Source: Thermodesulfovibrionia bacterium (lineage in GTDB: Bacteria > Nitrospirota > Thermodesulfovibrionia > JACRGW01). From it: a stretch of DNA of 64,000 nt. The stretch lies in contig CAKKSD010000017.1 in assembly GCA_919902995.1 (NCBI GenBank), forward strand, positions 14,424 through 78,423. The letters are read 5' to 3'. Numbering within the stretch: the stretch's first letter is position 1; each line of letters opens with the position of its first letter. The translations under genes were made by a program, and so were the position numbers. The notes under the pieces are model-generated. The model had not been told where the DNA came from. It did not search any database and saw only the letters and a list, made by a program, of their open reading frames with translations. Shown here piece by piece: positions 1 to 8,839 of the stretch.

Positions 1-1208
1 CAGAGGGCGTGATAGTTGTGGTCAGAAATAACAGGCATGGTTATATAAGGCCGCTGGGAATAGGGAAGGGACTGCGGACGAAGATCAATGCGAATATAGG
101 GACATCAAAGGATCAATGTTCCATGGCAGAAGAGATAAAAAAGCTCGAGACATCTGTCTCTGCAGGTGCAGATTCCGTTATGGATCTTTCTACAGGCGGA
201 CCTATCAGGGAAATAAGGAGAGAGATTCTTTCGCGATCTCCAGTAATAATCGGGACTGTTCCCATCTATCAGGCAGCAGTGACAGCAGCAGAGCATAAGG
301 GCCATATAGCCAGGATGTCAGCCGATGAAATCTTCAGAACCATCGAAGAACATGGTGAAGAAGGTGTTGATTTCGTGACAGTCCACTGCGGGGTAACACT
401 TCAGGGTATAGAGATACTCAGAGAACACGAGAGACTCCTTGATGTTGTTAGCAGAGGTGGGGTGTTTTTGATAGAGTGGATGATTTACAACGAAAAGGAA
501 AACCCCCTTTATCAGGATTTTGACCGTCTCCTCGATATAGCAAGGAGATATGACCTAACATTAAGTCTGGGTGATGGACTGAGACCAGGTTGTATCGCAG
601 ATGCAACTGACAGGGCACAGATACATGAACTTAAAACACTGGGGGAACTTACTGAAAGGGCATGGGATGCTGGGGTTCAGGTAATCGTAGAGGGACCAGG
701 TCATGTCCCTATTAATCAGATAGAAAAAAATGTAAAACTTGAAAAGGAAATATGTAAGGGTGCTCCATTCTATGTACTGGGGCCACTCGTGACTGATATT
801 GCCCCCGGATACGACCATATAACCGGTGCTATTGGTGGTGCGATAGCAGCGACAGCAGGTGCTGATTTCCTCTGTTATGTTACACCATCGGAACATCTGA
901 GGCTACCTACAATAGCGGATGTAAAGGAAGGCGTCCTTGCCTCAAAGATTGCAGCCCATGCCGCTGATATTGCAAAGGGTGTTAGGGGTGCGATAGAGAG
1001 AGATAATGAGTTTTCCAGGATGAGGAAGAATCTCGACTGGGAGGGTCAGATCTCAAATTCTTTAGACCCTGAGAAGGCAAAGAGGATGAGAACTGAGAGT
1101 GTTCCCCTTGATTCCGATGTCTGCACCATGTGCGGGGAGTTCTGCTCAATAAGATCGGTGAGGGAATACCTGAAGAAGGATTCGAGGATTCGAGACTTCA
1201 AGAAATAA
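1..1208 (+). CDS. thiC: Phosphomethylpyrimidine synthase ThiC, 5'-truncated by the window edge
   Basis: The ORF 9..1208 translation carries ThiC-type motifs (GLRTKINANIGTS, VDFVTVHCG, C-terminal Cys cluster CTMCGEFC). The frame stays open back to nt 3, so the N-terminus lies outside the window. Confidence 0.9.
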   Translation, partial: EGVIVVVRNNRHGYIRPLGIGKGLRTKINANIGTSKDQCSMAEEIKKLETSVSAGADSVMDLSTGGPIREIRREILSRSPVIIGTVPIYQAAVTAAEHKGHIARMSADEIFRTIEEHGEEGVDFVTVHCGVTLQGIEILREHERLLDVVSRGGVFLIEWMIYNEKENPLYQDFDRLLDIARRYDLTLSLGDGLRPGCIADATDRAQIHELKTLGELTERAWDAGVQVIVEGPGHVPINQIEKNVKLEKEICKGAPFYVLGPLVTDIAPGYDHITGAIGGAIAATAGADFLCYVTPSEHLRLPTIADVKEGVLASKIAAHAADIAKGVRGAIERDNEFSRMRKNLDWEGQISNSLDPEKAKRMRTESVPLDSDVCTMCGEFCSIRSVREYLKKDSRIRDFKK

Positions 1209-1231
1209 AATGAACTATTCCGCAGAAGTCT

Positions 1232-1402
1232 GTCATTCCGCACTTGATGCGGAATCCAGTTTATTTGTTTCTCTGGATTCCTGCCCCCGATTACTTAATT
1301 CGAGGGCATGCTTACTTACTGCGGGAATGACGACCAGGTAAATGTCATGCCCGAAGCCTGTCCCCGAATGTCTTTGTCGGGGATCATTAGTCGGGCATCC
1401 AG
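1232..1402. repeat. Modular hairpin repeats (family B: GTCATTCC-x-GGAATCCAG / CTGGATTCC-x-GGAATGACG)
   Basis: gtcattccgcacttgatgcggaatccag ... ctggattcctgc ... gcgggaatgacg, then gtcatgcccgaag ... cgggcatccag. The same modules recur at more than 12 other loci in the window. Confidence 0.8.
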
Positions 1403-1406
1403 AATA

Positions 1407-2231
1407 TTATAGGGGTTTTATTTCAAGACTTATATCCACTGCCGGTGCTGAATGGGTAATTGCACCGATCGAAATTAGATCTACTCCTGTCTTTGCCATC
1501 TCTCTCACATTATCGAGATTTATATTTCCGGATGCCTCTATCAATGCCTTACCTTGTATTAATTTAACCGCTTTTCTGGTAGTTTCTAAATCCATATTAT
1601 CAAGCATAATTATATCTACTCCGGACTGAAGAGCGTCCTTAACCTCTTTCAGACTCCTTGCCTCGACCTCTATCCTTGTTGTGTGTGATGTTTTTCCCTT
1701 TACATTTTCGACTGCCTTTTTGATGCTACCTGATAGTTCGATATGGTTATCCTTTATAAGTACTGCATCGTATAATCCAAATCGGTGATTGAATCCACCT
1801 CCCATTCTTACCGCATATTTCTCAAGAACCCTCAGCCCCGGGGTAGTCTTTCTTGTATCAACTATCTTGGCCTTAGTCCCTTTAATTTTTTCTACATACT
1901 TGGATGTGAGTGTTGCTATGCCTGAAAGTCTCTGGAGGAAATTAAGGGCAACCCTCTCTGCCATAAGTATAGTCTGTGCATTACCTTTAACCTCTGCTAT
2001 TACCTTTCTGGCTTTCACCTTATTACCGTCACCGAATCTTTCTTTAAAGATAATCTCTGGATCAAGGGTTTTGAAACACTCAGAGGCAACACCTATTCCT
2101 GCAAGTACAAAATCTTCCTTTGCGATGATTAATCCTTTGGCCTCAAGGCCGTCACGGATTATAGCTGAGGAAGTTATATCTCCGTGTCCGATGTCCTCTT
2201 CAAGTGCCTTTATTATGATAGGCCTGATCAA
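1407..2231 (-). CDS. nadC: Nicotinate-nucleotide pyrophosphorylase (quinolinate phosphoribosyltransferase)
   Basis: 274 aa with an EDIGHGDITS N-terminal motif and NadC-like length and layout. The apparent start is TTG, directly after the stop of the upstream ORF. Confidence 0.88.
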   Translation of the reverse strand: MIRPIIIKALEEDIGHGDITSSAIIRDGLEAKGLIIAKEDFVLAGIGVASECFKTLDPEIIFKERFGDGNKVKARKVIAEVKGNAQTILMAERVALNFLQRLSGIATLTSKYVEKIKGTKAKIVDTRKTTPGLRVLEKYAVRMGGGFNHRFGLYDAVLIKDNHIELSGSIKKAVENVKGKTSHTTRIEVEARSLKEVKDALQSGVDIIMLDNMDLETTRKAVKLIQGKALIEASGNINLDNVREMAKTGVDLISIGAITHSAPAVDISLEIKPL

Positions 2232-2765
2232 CTATCTTTTCTTTCTCAGAAGCATAGCCAGCCCTGTCAATCCCCCAAAGGCGAGGCCGAAGGCGAGGGC
2301 AGAGCGCCAGTCAAAAAGTGTCTTCACATCTCCTTCAACGCTATTCGCTATCATTATGCCAGCGAGGGATTTATTGGTTTTTATCTTATTTGCAGCCATA
2401 AAAAAAGCACCTCCCTGTTCTACCTCTATCTCTTCCCTTGCGAGCATTATCTGGGCGCCACCTAACTGGATATTTGCCTTTGTTGTGGCTATAAGACCAG
2501 CACCACCCTGGTTTATACTGATATCCTTTGCCCTCATGAGAAAGGAGCCTGCCTGTTTCAGATCTATCCTGTTTCCGTCTATGGAAAAGACAAGACCCTG
2601 AGTAACTTCGACATGGTTTCCTTCGATAGACCTGGCACTTGACTGGTCCATAGTCACATTCTCCGCCTCTATAATCTCTACTCTCTCTTGATTAATCTCC
2701 ACTGTTTGGGCTGAGCTCTCATCGGCATCCTCTTTATCTAATTTTACCTTTGCCTCTTTTTTCAT
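2232..2765 (-). CDS. Hypothetical tail-anchored beta-solenoid-like repeat protein
   Basis: 177 aa with six to seven repeats of about 16 residues (KDISINQGGAGLIATT / KANIQLGGAQIMLAR / EEIEVEQGGAFFMAAN ...). The C-terminus is a single hydrophobic helix plus RKKR. Its ATG overlaps the valS stop (ATGA). Confidence 0.6.
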   Translation of the reverse strand: MKKEAKVKLDKEDADESSAQTVEINQERVEIIEAENVTMDQSSARSIEGNHVEVTQGLVFSIDGNRIDLKQAGSFLMRAKDISINQGGAGLIATTKANIQLGGAQIMLAREEIEVEQGGAFFMAANKIKTNKSLAGIMIANSVEGDVKTLFDWRSALAFGLAFGGLTGLAMLLRKKR

Positions 2766-5467
2766 AGTGCTGCCTCCTTCTCTAATAGTTTTAACTTTTT
2801 TATCCCGTCCTTCAGTCTTTTTGCTTTTTCAGTGAGTGTATTGTAATTTGACTTATCTTTATTTACAACTTCTTTTGGTGCCTTGGAAAGGAAATCTTCG
2901 TTAGTGAGTTTTTTAGAGAGAATGGCGATATCCTGCTCTGCCTTATCCAGGTCTTTCTTAAGTCTTGACCGTTCACCATCTATATCAAGGATTCCCTCCA
3001 GGGGGATATATATCCCCATGACCTCAGAGATAGCGGTTGCTGCCATCTTCGGTCTCTGGAGACCCTTCCCGATCTTTATCTCCTTCCCTCTGGCGAATCT
3101 TTCTATATAAAGAAGATTCTTCTCCAGCGTCTCTTTCACCCTATCGTCCTTAACATTGATAATCGCTTTCAGCTCAATGGCTGGGGAAATATTCATCTCA
3201 CCCCTTATATTTCTTATTCCCATAACTGCTAATATTACGAGTGACATCGCTTCTTCTGCTTCTTTACTGTAAAGGTCAGGATCTTCTTTTGGAAATTCTG
3301 ATATTGTGATACTTTCTCTATTTCTCATAGGTAGATACTGCCAGATCTCCTCGGTTATAAAGGGCATAAAGGGATGGAGCAACCTTAATGAGTGGTCGAG
3401 GGTATGGATCAGACAGTTCAGGGTCTCTTCCTTTTCCTTACTGTCCTGAGAAAGGTCTGACTTTGCCATCTCGAGATACCAGTCACAGAATTCGTGCCAT
3501 ACAAACTGATAGATACTGCCTGCAGCGTCATTAAACCTGTAATCCTCAAGAGACTTTCTTGTCTCTCTGATAACATGATTCAGTCTGCTCAGTATCCAGC
3601 GGTTGGGAAGGGTTAGGGGTCCAGAGTTAAGAGTTTGGAGTTTGGAGTTTGGAGTCTGGGGTCTGAAGTCTTCAGGTACGTTCATGAATACAAACCTCGA
3701 GGCGTTCCAGATCTTGTTACAGAAATGCCTGTATCCTTCAACCCTTTCCTCTGAGAATCGAATGTCTCTCCCCTGTGCGGCAAAGGCAGTAAGGGTGAAG
3801 CGGAAGGCATCGGTTCCGTATTTATCTATCATCACGAGGGGATCGATGATATTGCCCTTCGATTTACTCATCTTCTGACCCTCTGCATCCCTTACAAGGG
3901 CATGGATATAGACATCACTGAACGGGATATTCCCCATGAATTTTAACCCCATCATAATCATCCTTGCAACCCAGAAAAAAAGGATGTCGAAGCTCGTTAC
4001 GAGGGTAGTGGTTGGATAAAATATCCTGAGTTCCTTTGTATCCTCTGGCCAGCCGAGTGTAGAGAAGGGCCAGAGGGCAGAAGAAAACCATGTATCAAGG
4101 ACATCTTCTTCCTGAATCAATCTTTCTGAACCGCAGTGAGGGCATGTCTCTGGCTCATTCCTTGAGACTATGATTCCATTTTGCATTTTGCATTTAGCAT
4201 TTAGCATTTCTTGACAGTGCCAGGCAGGGATTCTATGCCCCCACCATATCTGTCTTGAGATACACCAGTCCTTGATCTTCAGCATCCAGTCAAAATAGCT
4301 ATTCTCCCATCCCTTTGGTATGAGCCTGATCTTTCCTTTTCTTACCGCATCGATGGCTGGCTCTGCAAGCCTCTTCATTTTGACAAACCACTGTTTGGAG
4401 AGATAGGGTTCTACGGGTGTCCTGCACCGGTAGCAGTGTCCAACAGAATGTGTATAATCCTGAATTCTTTCTATATAGCCCCCTGCCTTCAGTTCTTTGA
4501 GTAAATTCTTACGACATTCGAATCTATCCTGTCCAGAATATCTTCCTGCCTCTTCATTCATCTTTCCTTCCTCATCCATTATTTTCAGGGCGGGGAGGTT
4601 GTGTCTCAATCCGATCTCGAAATCATTCGGGTCATGGGCAGGGGTTACCTTCACAGCGCCTGTTCCGAATTCCCGGTTCACAAAAGGGTCTGAGATGACA
4701 GGTATAAATCTTTCTGCTATAGGAAGAAGGACTTTCCTGCCGATAAGACCTCTGTATCTTTCATCCTCAGGATGGACTGCTACTGCGGTATCTCCGAGCA
4801 TAGTTTCAGGTCTTGTGGTAGCAACGATGATTGATTTCCCCTTTTCAGTTAAAGTGTACTTTATGTAGTAGAGGTTCCCCTTAACTTCTTCGTGTTCTAC
4901 TTCAAGGTCAGAGAGGGCAGTCCTGCACCTCGGGCACCAGTTGATGATATAATCTCCTTTATATATAAGCCCTTCTTCATAGAGTCTTACAAAGACCTCC
5001 CTTACAGCCTTCGAAAGACCCTCATCCATCGTGAACCTCTCTCTCTGCCAGTCACAGGATGCACCGAGTCTCTTTAGCTGGTGGATTATCCTTCCTCCGT
5101 ACTCTTCCTTCCACTGCCACACCCTTTTTACAAAATTATCCCTTCCGAGGGCATGGCGGTCAGCACCTTCTGACTGTAACTGTTTCTCTATAACATTCTG
5201 CGTGGCTATGCCTGCATGGTCTGTCCCTGGAAGCCAGAGTGCGTTATATCCATCCATCCTCTTCCATCGGATAAGGATGTCCTGGAGGGTATTGTTAAGG
5301 GCATGACCCAGATGGAGTGAGCCTGTTATGTTTGGAGGTGGGATAACGATACAGAAAGGGGATTTTGGGCTATCCTCATCTGCATGGGAATAACCTTTCT
5401 CAATCCAGAACTGATACCATTTATCCTCAACACCTTTTGGGTCGTATGACTTATTGAATTCTTTCAT
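2762..5467 (-). CDS. valS: Valyl-tRNA synthetase
   Basis: 901 aa with class I HIGH (PPNITGSLHLGHA) and KMSKS motifs and a C-terminal coiled coil. Confidence 0.97.
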   Translation of the reverse strand: MKEFNKSYDPKGVEDKWYQFWIEKGYSHADEDSPKSPFCIVIPPPNITGSLHLGHALNNTLQDILIRWKRMDGYNALWLPGTDHAGIATQNVIEKQLQSEGADRHALGRDNFVKRVWQWKEEYGGRIIHQLKRLGASCDWQRERFTMDEGLSKAVREVFVRLYEEGLIYKGDYIINWCPRCRTALSDLEVEHEEVKGNLYYIKYTLTEKGKSIIVATTRPETMLGDTAVAVHPEDERYRGLIGRKVLLPIAERFIPVISDPFVNREFGTGAVKVTPAHDPNDFEIGLRHNLPALKIMDEEGKMNEEAGRYSGQDRFECRKNLLKELKAGGYIERIQDYTHSVGHCYRCRTPVEPYLSKQWFVKMKRLAEPAIDAVRKGKIRLIPKGWENSYFDWMLKIKDWCISRQIWWGHRIPAWHCQEMLNAKCKMQNGIIVSRNEPETCPHCGSERLIQEEDVLDTWFSSALWPFSTLGWPEDTKELRIFYPTTTLVTSFDILFFWVARMIMMGLKFMGNIPFSDVYIHALVRDAEGQKMSKSKGNIIDPLVMIDKYGTDAFRFTLTAFAAQGRDIRFSEERVEGYRHFCNKIWNASRFVFMNVPEDFRPQTPNSKLQTLNSGPLTLPNRWILSRLNHVIRETRKSLEDYRFNDAAGSIYQFVWHEFCDWYLEMAKSDLSQDSKEKEETLNCLIHTLDHSLRLLHPFMPFITEEIWQYLPMRNRESITISEFPKEDPDLYSKEAEEAMSLVILAVMGIRNIRGEMNISPAIELKAIINVKDDRVKETLEKNLLYIERFARGKEIKIGKGLQRPKMAATAISEVMGIYIPLEGILDIDGERSRLKKDLDKAEQDIAILSKKLTNEDFLSKAPKEVVNKDKSNYNTLTEKAKRLKDGIKKLKLLEKEAAL
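3625..3675. repeat. Period-7 stutter repeat inside the valS coding sequence
   Basis: gagttaa gagtttg gagtttg gagtttg gagtctg gggtctg aagtctt. It encodes ...RPQTPNSKLQTLNSGPL... in frame. Confidence 0.75.
4176..4212. repeat. Period-7 stutter repeat inside the valS coding sequence
   Basis: ccatttt gcatttt gcattta gcattta gcatttc. It encodes ...EMLNAKCKMQNG... in frame. Confidence 0.7.
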
Positions 5468-5483
5468 CTACAAATAAGAGAAA

Positions 5484-5511
5484 GCGGGGATAGATACAAT
5501 TCTATCCCCGC
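5484..5511 (-). terminator. Rho-independent terminator candidate after the 5530..6348 response regulator gene
   Basis: An 11-bp stem (gcggggataga / tctatccccgc) is followed on the minus strand by T-rich tttctcttattt. Confidence 0.5.
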
Positions 5512-5529
5512 ACAGAATTGAAGGGATTA

Positions 5530-6348
5530 TCACTCTTCAGTTTCCTTGAGCCTCTCCTTCTTTATAAGATTTTCTGCTGAATCAGGGATTATCTCAAGCG
5601 ATATCTTTTCAACTATATCCTTTATGATTGTATCGAGTTTTGAGTTCAGGGTCTCTTTGATGATATTTTCAATCTCTTGAGCAGTGGTCTGAAGTATCTG
5701 TGGTATGGCATTACTAAGGATACCTTCAAGTTTTATTCTGAGTTCAGTCTTAATTGTATCAGGAACTACAAAAGACGAGATTGCACCCCGCAGTACCTTT
5801 TCTGTGGTTGTGAATATTTCTTCTTTAAGCATCTCGATTGATAATGGTTCAACACTTATCTCCATCTTATCTTCTGGGGAAGATATAACCTCAGCCACCG
5901 TATTTCTGATCTCGGTATTGATAGTTTGAACCTTTTCCCTGTCAGATTCATGCTCAGTAATTTCAGGAATCGGTCTTGAAGCCCGATCTATGCAATCGTT
6001 TACCTTTTTAACAAATTCATGGGATTCAAAGGGTTTTATTATGTAGGCGTCGGCACCCACATCAGATGCCTTATAGGAGTCGAAAGATTCGTACACACCT
6101 GCGAGTAAAAGGACAGGGACATTCATCAGGTCTGGGTCTTCTTTCACTTTTTTACAGAGCTGGTAGCCGTCAGTTCCTGGCATTATGACATCGGCAAGGA
6201 TGATATCAGGTTTATCCCTTTTTGCTGTCTCGAAGGCTTCGTTACCATTGTTTACAGAGGTGATAGAATAATCCTTCTCAGGTAGTATAAGTTCTACAAT
6301 CTTCTGGATAGTTATATTATCGTCTGCGAGGAGAAGCTTGTACCCCAT
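5530..6348 (-). CDS. Response regulator (CheY-like receiver) with an uncharacterised C-terminal domain
   Basis: The N-terminal REC domain (LLADDN...DIILADVIMPGTDGY...IIKPF) is followed by about 140 aa with no motif I recognise. Confidence 0.85.
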   Translation of the reverse strand: MGYKLLLADDNITIQKIVELILPEKDYSITSVNNGNEAFETAKRDKPDIILADVIMPGTDGYQLCKKVKEDPDLMNVPVLLLAGVYESFDSYKASDVGADAYIIKPFESHEFVKKVNDCIDRASRPIPEITEHESDREKVQTINTEIRNTVAEVISSPEDKMEISVEPLSIEMLKEEIFTTTEKVLRGAISSFVVPDTIKTELRIKLEGILSNAIPQILQTTAQEIENIIKETLNSKLDTIIKDIVEKISLEIIPDSAENLIKKERLKETEE

Positions 6349-6425
6349 CGTTCTTGACCATAGAGAGTTTAAAATTTATTAAATTCTATAGGAGCATACA
6401 AAAAGAAGTCAAGCCCTTTCTGGCT

Positions 6426-7148
6426 TTACGAGATGTCCTTAAGAATACCTTCAACCGTCTTTAGAGGGTCTTCTGCCAGCACTACAGGTCTTCCTATGAC
6501 AAGGTAATTAGCACCTTCCCTGATAGCCTCTTTTGGTGTCATGAACCTTTTCTGATCGTCCTTTATTAAATCAGGGATAGATTTCCCTTCAGGTCTTATT
6601 CCAGGGGTTACAATAATAAAGTCCTTTCCACAGCACTCACGGATAGTTTTCACTTCCTCTGGTGATGCTACTATACCATCAAGACCAGATCTCAGGGCTT
6701 TCTCAGATAGATGTCTTACTTTATCCTTGATGTTTTCCTTCATACCTAAATCATTCAGTGTTTTCTGGTCTATACTCGTAAGGATTGTAACAGCGATTAC
6801 CATAGGTCTTTTCACATTATCTTTTAGAGAAGTCTCTACTACTGAATCCTTGCACCTCTTCATCATTTCATCACCGCCTAATGCATGGATGCTGAACATA
6901 AATACACCGAGCCTTGTCGCTTCTATTGCAGCCTTTGCAACGGTGTTCGGGATATCATGGTATTTGAGGTCGAGGAATACCCTGCCACCTTTCTGATGGA
7001 CCATATTGACCGCCTTAGGTCCTTCTTTTGTGAATAGCTGGAGACCTATCTTGAAGATAGAGACCCTCTCTTTAAGGATATCAACCATCCTTTCTGCCTC
7101 TGAAAGGCTCTCTACATCAAGGGCAAGGATTAACTTTTCGCTGTTCAC
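6426..7148 (-). CDS. pyrF: Orotidine 5'-phosphate decarboxylase
   Basis: 240 aa with LILALDV, FLDLKYHDIPNT and VIGRP motifs. Confidence 0.92.
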   Translation of the reverse strand: MNSEKLILALDVESLSEAERMVDILKERVSIFKIGLQLFTKEGPKAVNMVHQKGGRVFLDLKYHDIPNTVAKAAIEATRLGVFMFSIHALGGDEMMKRCKDSVVETSLKDNVKRPMVIAVTILTSIDQKTLNDLGMKENIKDKVRHLSEKALRSGLDGIVASPEEVKTIRECCGKDFIIVTPGIRPEGKSIPDLIKDDQKRFMTPKEAIREGANYLVIGRPVVLAEDPLKTVEGILKDIS

Positions 7149-7207
7149 TGAAAATACCCTTTCAAATCCCCCTCATTCCTCCTTTGCTAAAAGGGGGTAT
7201 GGGGGGA

Positions 7208-7756
7208 TTATATCTTTGGTGGTGTGATTCCCTTCTGTGCCTGGTATTTCCCATTTTTGTCTGCATAGGACACAATACATTCCTCATCGCTCTCGAAGAA
7301 TATAATCTGTGCTATACCCTCGTTTGCATAAATCCTGACAGGGACAGGTGTGGTATTGGATATCCCCAGAGTGACATAACCCTCCCATTCAGGCTCAAAG
7401 GGGGTGATATTTGTTATGATACCGCACCTCGCATATGTTGATTTGCCAAAGCCTATAGTCATAACATTCCTCGGTATCCTGAAATATTCTACACTTCTAC
7501 CAAGGACAAAGGAATTTGGAGGGATGATACATACATCCCCTTTAAAGTCCTGAAAGGATTCAGGGTCTAAATTCTTTGGGTCTATAATTGTGATGTTTGT
7601 GTTTAATATTTTGAACTCCTCTGAAACTCTTATGTCATAACCGTATGATGAAAGACCATAGGATATAGTCCCCTTCCTCACCTGATTTTCCTCGAAGGGT
7701 TCAATCATCCTGTGTTCTAATGCCATTTTTTTTATCCAGCGGTCACTCTTTATCAT
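7208..7756 (-). CDS. dcd: dCTP deaminase
   Basis: 182 aa with Dcd/dUTPase-fold signatures ([31 protein letters not shown]). Confidence 0.9.
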   Translation of the reverse strand: MIKSDRWIKKMALEHRMIEPFEENQVRKGTISYGLSSYGYDIRVSEEFKILNTNITIIDPKNLDPESFQDFKGDVCIIPPNSFVLGRSVEYFRIPRNVMTIGFGKSTYARCGIITNITPFEPEWEGYVTLGISNTTPVPVRIYANEGIAQIIFFESDEECIVSYADKNGKYQAQKGITPPKI

Positions 7757-7794
7757 AATTGGTGTTATAAGAAAGCGTTTCTAATTCCGTGATT

Positions 7795-7887
7795 GTCATT
7801 CTCGTGAAAACGGGAATCCAGTTCCTTTTGTCTTTCTGGATTCCTGCTGGAGTTTATCCCGTACCTTGATACGGGGCAGGAATGACG
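7795..7887. repeat. Family B modular hairpin repeats
   Basis: gtcattctcgtgaaaacgggaatccag ... ctggattcctgctggag...ggggcaggaatgacgg. Confidence 0.8.
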
Positions 7888-8071
7888 GAGAGAAAAACAG
7901 AATGGCTTCTTAATATACATAATCGCTATCACGGAAAAAGTAATGCATATATGTTATAAAATAAAGGTTCACGGTTTTAAGTTAAGATATCAGATTGAAG
8001 GTATAAATACAATAGCTATGCTCTAAAAAACCATCATAATCAATTGTAAGTAGTAAAACGTTTGTGTGGTT

Positions 8072-8187
8072 GTCATGCCGATCCACAGGACCCTGCGGGG
8101 CAGAGTCGAGGCATCTCATCTTTATTCTCAAGACCATTCCTGAGCAAAGTCTGAGGATATGAGATTTCTCGCTTCGCTCGAAATGAC
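8072..8187. repeat. Family B modular hairpin repeats
   Basis: gtcatgccgatccacaggaccctgcggggcagagtcgaggcatctcat recurs as a reverse complement at 62320..62365. gagatttctcgcttcgctcgaaatgac recurs at 12041..12068. Confidence 0.8.
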
Positions 8188-8203
8188 ATCTCTTTTTGTT
8201 ATC

Positions 8204-8382
8204 CCAAATCTAAACTGTCATAGGATTTCCAAGTCTGAATTGACGTCTCTTTATGGGTAGGGGAGGCTTTAGCCTCCCTACAAAGATCCTAATAATTTTA
8301 ATCATTAAAAAAGATTTTCCTGACATACCCATATAGTGGGCGACTGAAGTCGCCCCTACCCAATATGACAGTTTAGGTTTGG
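8204..8382. mobile_element. MITE-like element with 19-bp terminal inverted repeats and nested internal palindromes (family C)
   Basis: ccaaatctaaactgtcata (8204..8222) pairs with tatgacagtttaggtttgg (8364..8382), 18 of 19 complementary. Internal pairs are gggtagggg...cccctaccc, aggctttagcct and gggcgactgaagtcgccc. A shorter copy lies at 25349..25400, and a third TIR-like copy at 8388..8406. Confidence 0.5.
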
Positions 8383-8521
8383 AAAAATGTGACAATTGAG
8401 ATTTGGAATGATCCTCTTTTTCTCTAATTGACATCCTATTATAAAAATAGTATAAAGGACTTTGGAAGGGGCCTGCCCCCGAAGTTATAAATCGGGGGAT
8501 TTATAAAGAAAGGAGAGGTAT

Positions 8522-8806
8522 ATGGCATATTACATAATCTTGAGTAAACTTACAGATGAGGGTAGAAAGACTATAAAAGAGAAACCTGAGAGGATTCTTG
8601 AGGTAAATAAGGAAATAGAAAAGATGGGTGTGAAGGTGGTCAAGCAGTATGCGGTATTGGGTCCTTACGACTTTGTGAATATCGTAGAGGCACCTGACAA
8701 TGAGACCGTAATGAAGATGTCCGTTGAGCTCGGTGCAAGGGGTTCTGTCCAGCTCCTCACCCTTGCCGCTATCCCTGTTGAGGAATTCATAAAGAAACTC
8801 AAATAA
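8522..8806 (+). CDS. GYD domain protein
   Basis: 94 aa with an N-terminal MAYYIILSKLTDEG..., LGPYDFVNIVEAPD and a good RBS (aaggagaggt). Confidence 0.8.
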   Translation: MAYYIILSKLTDEGRKTIKEKPERILEVNKEIEKMGVKVVKQYAVLGPYDFVNIVEAPDNETVMKMSVELGARGSVQLLTLAAIPVEEFIKKLK

Positions 8807-8839
8807 TTCATATAACCCCTTCCAGATTCCTGTAAGAAT

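Noticed and set aside
1-8. TPP riboswitch upstream of thiC
   Set aside because: The thiC 5' end and its leader lie outside the window, so this cannot be assessed.
1342-1629. 95-aa plus-strand ORF
   Set aside because: It starts inside family B repeats and runs antisense into the nadC 3' end.
1789-2601. 270-aa plus-strand ORF in the track
   Set aside because: It lies antisense to nadC and the beta-solenoid ORF. The translation is low-complexity (Ser/Pro/Ile/Leu-rich) and typical of the reverse frame of a real gene. No RBS or motif was found.
8210-8434. 74-aa minus-strand ORF
   Set aside because: It is the translation of the MITE-like palindromic element. Its peptide (…VGATSVAH…) is the typical artefact of such repeats.
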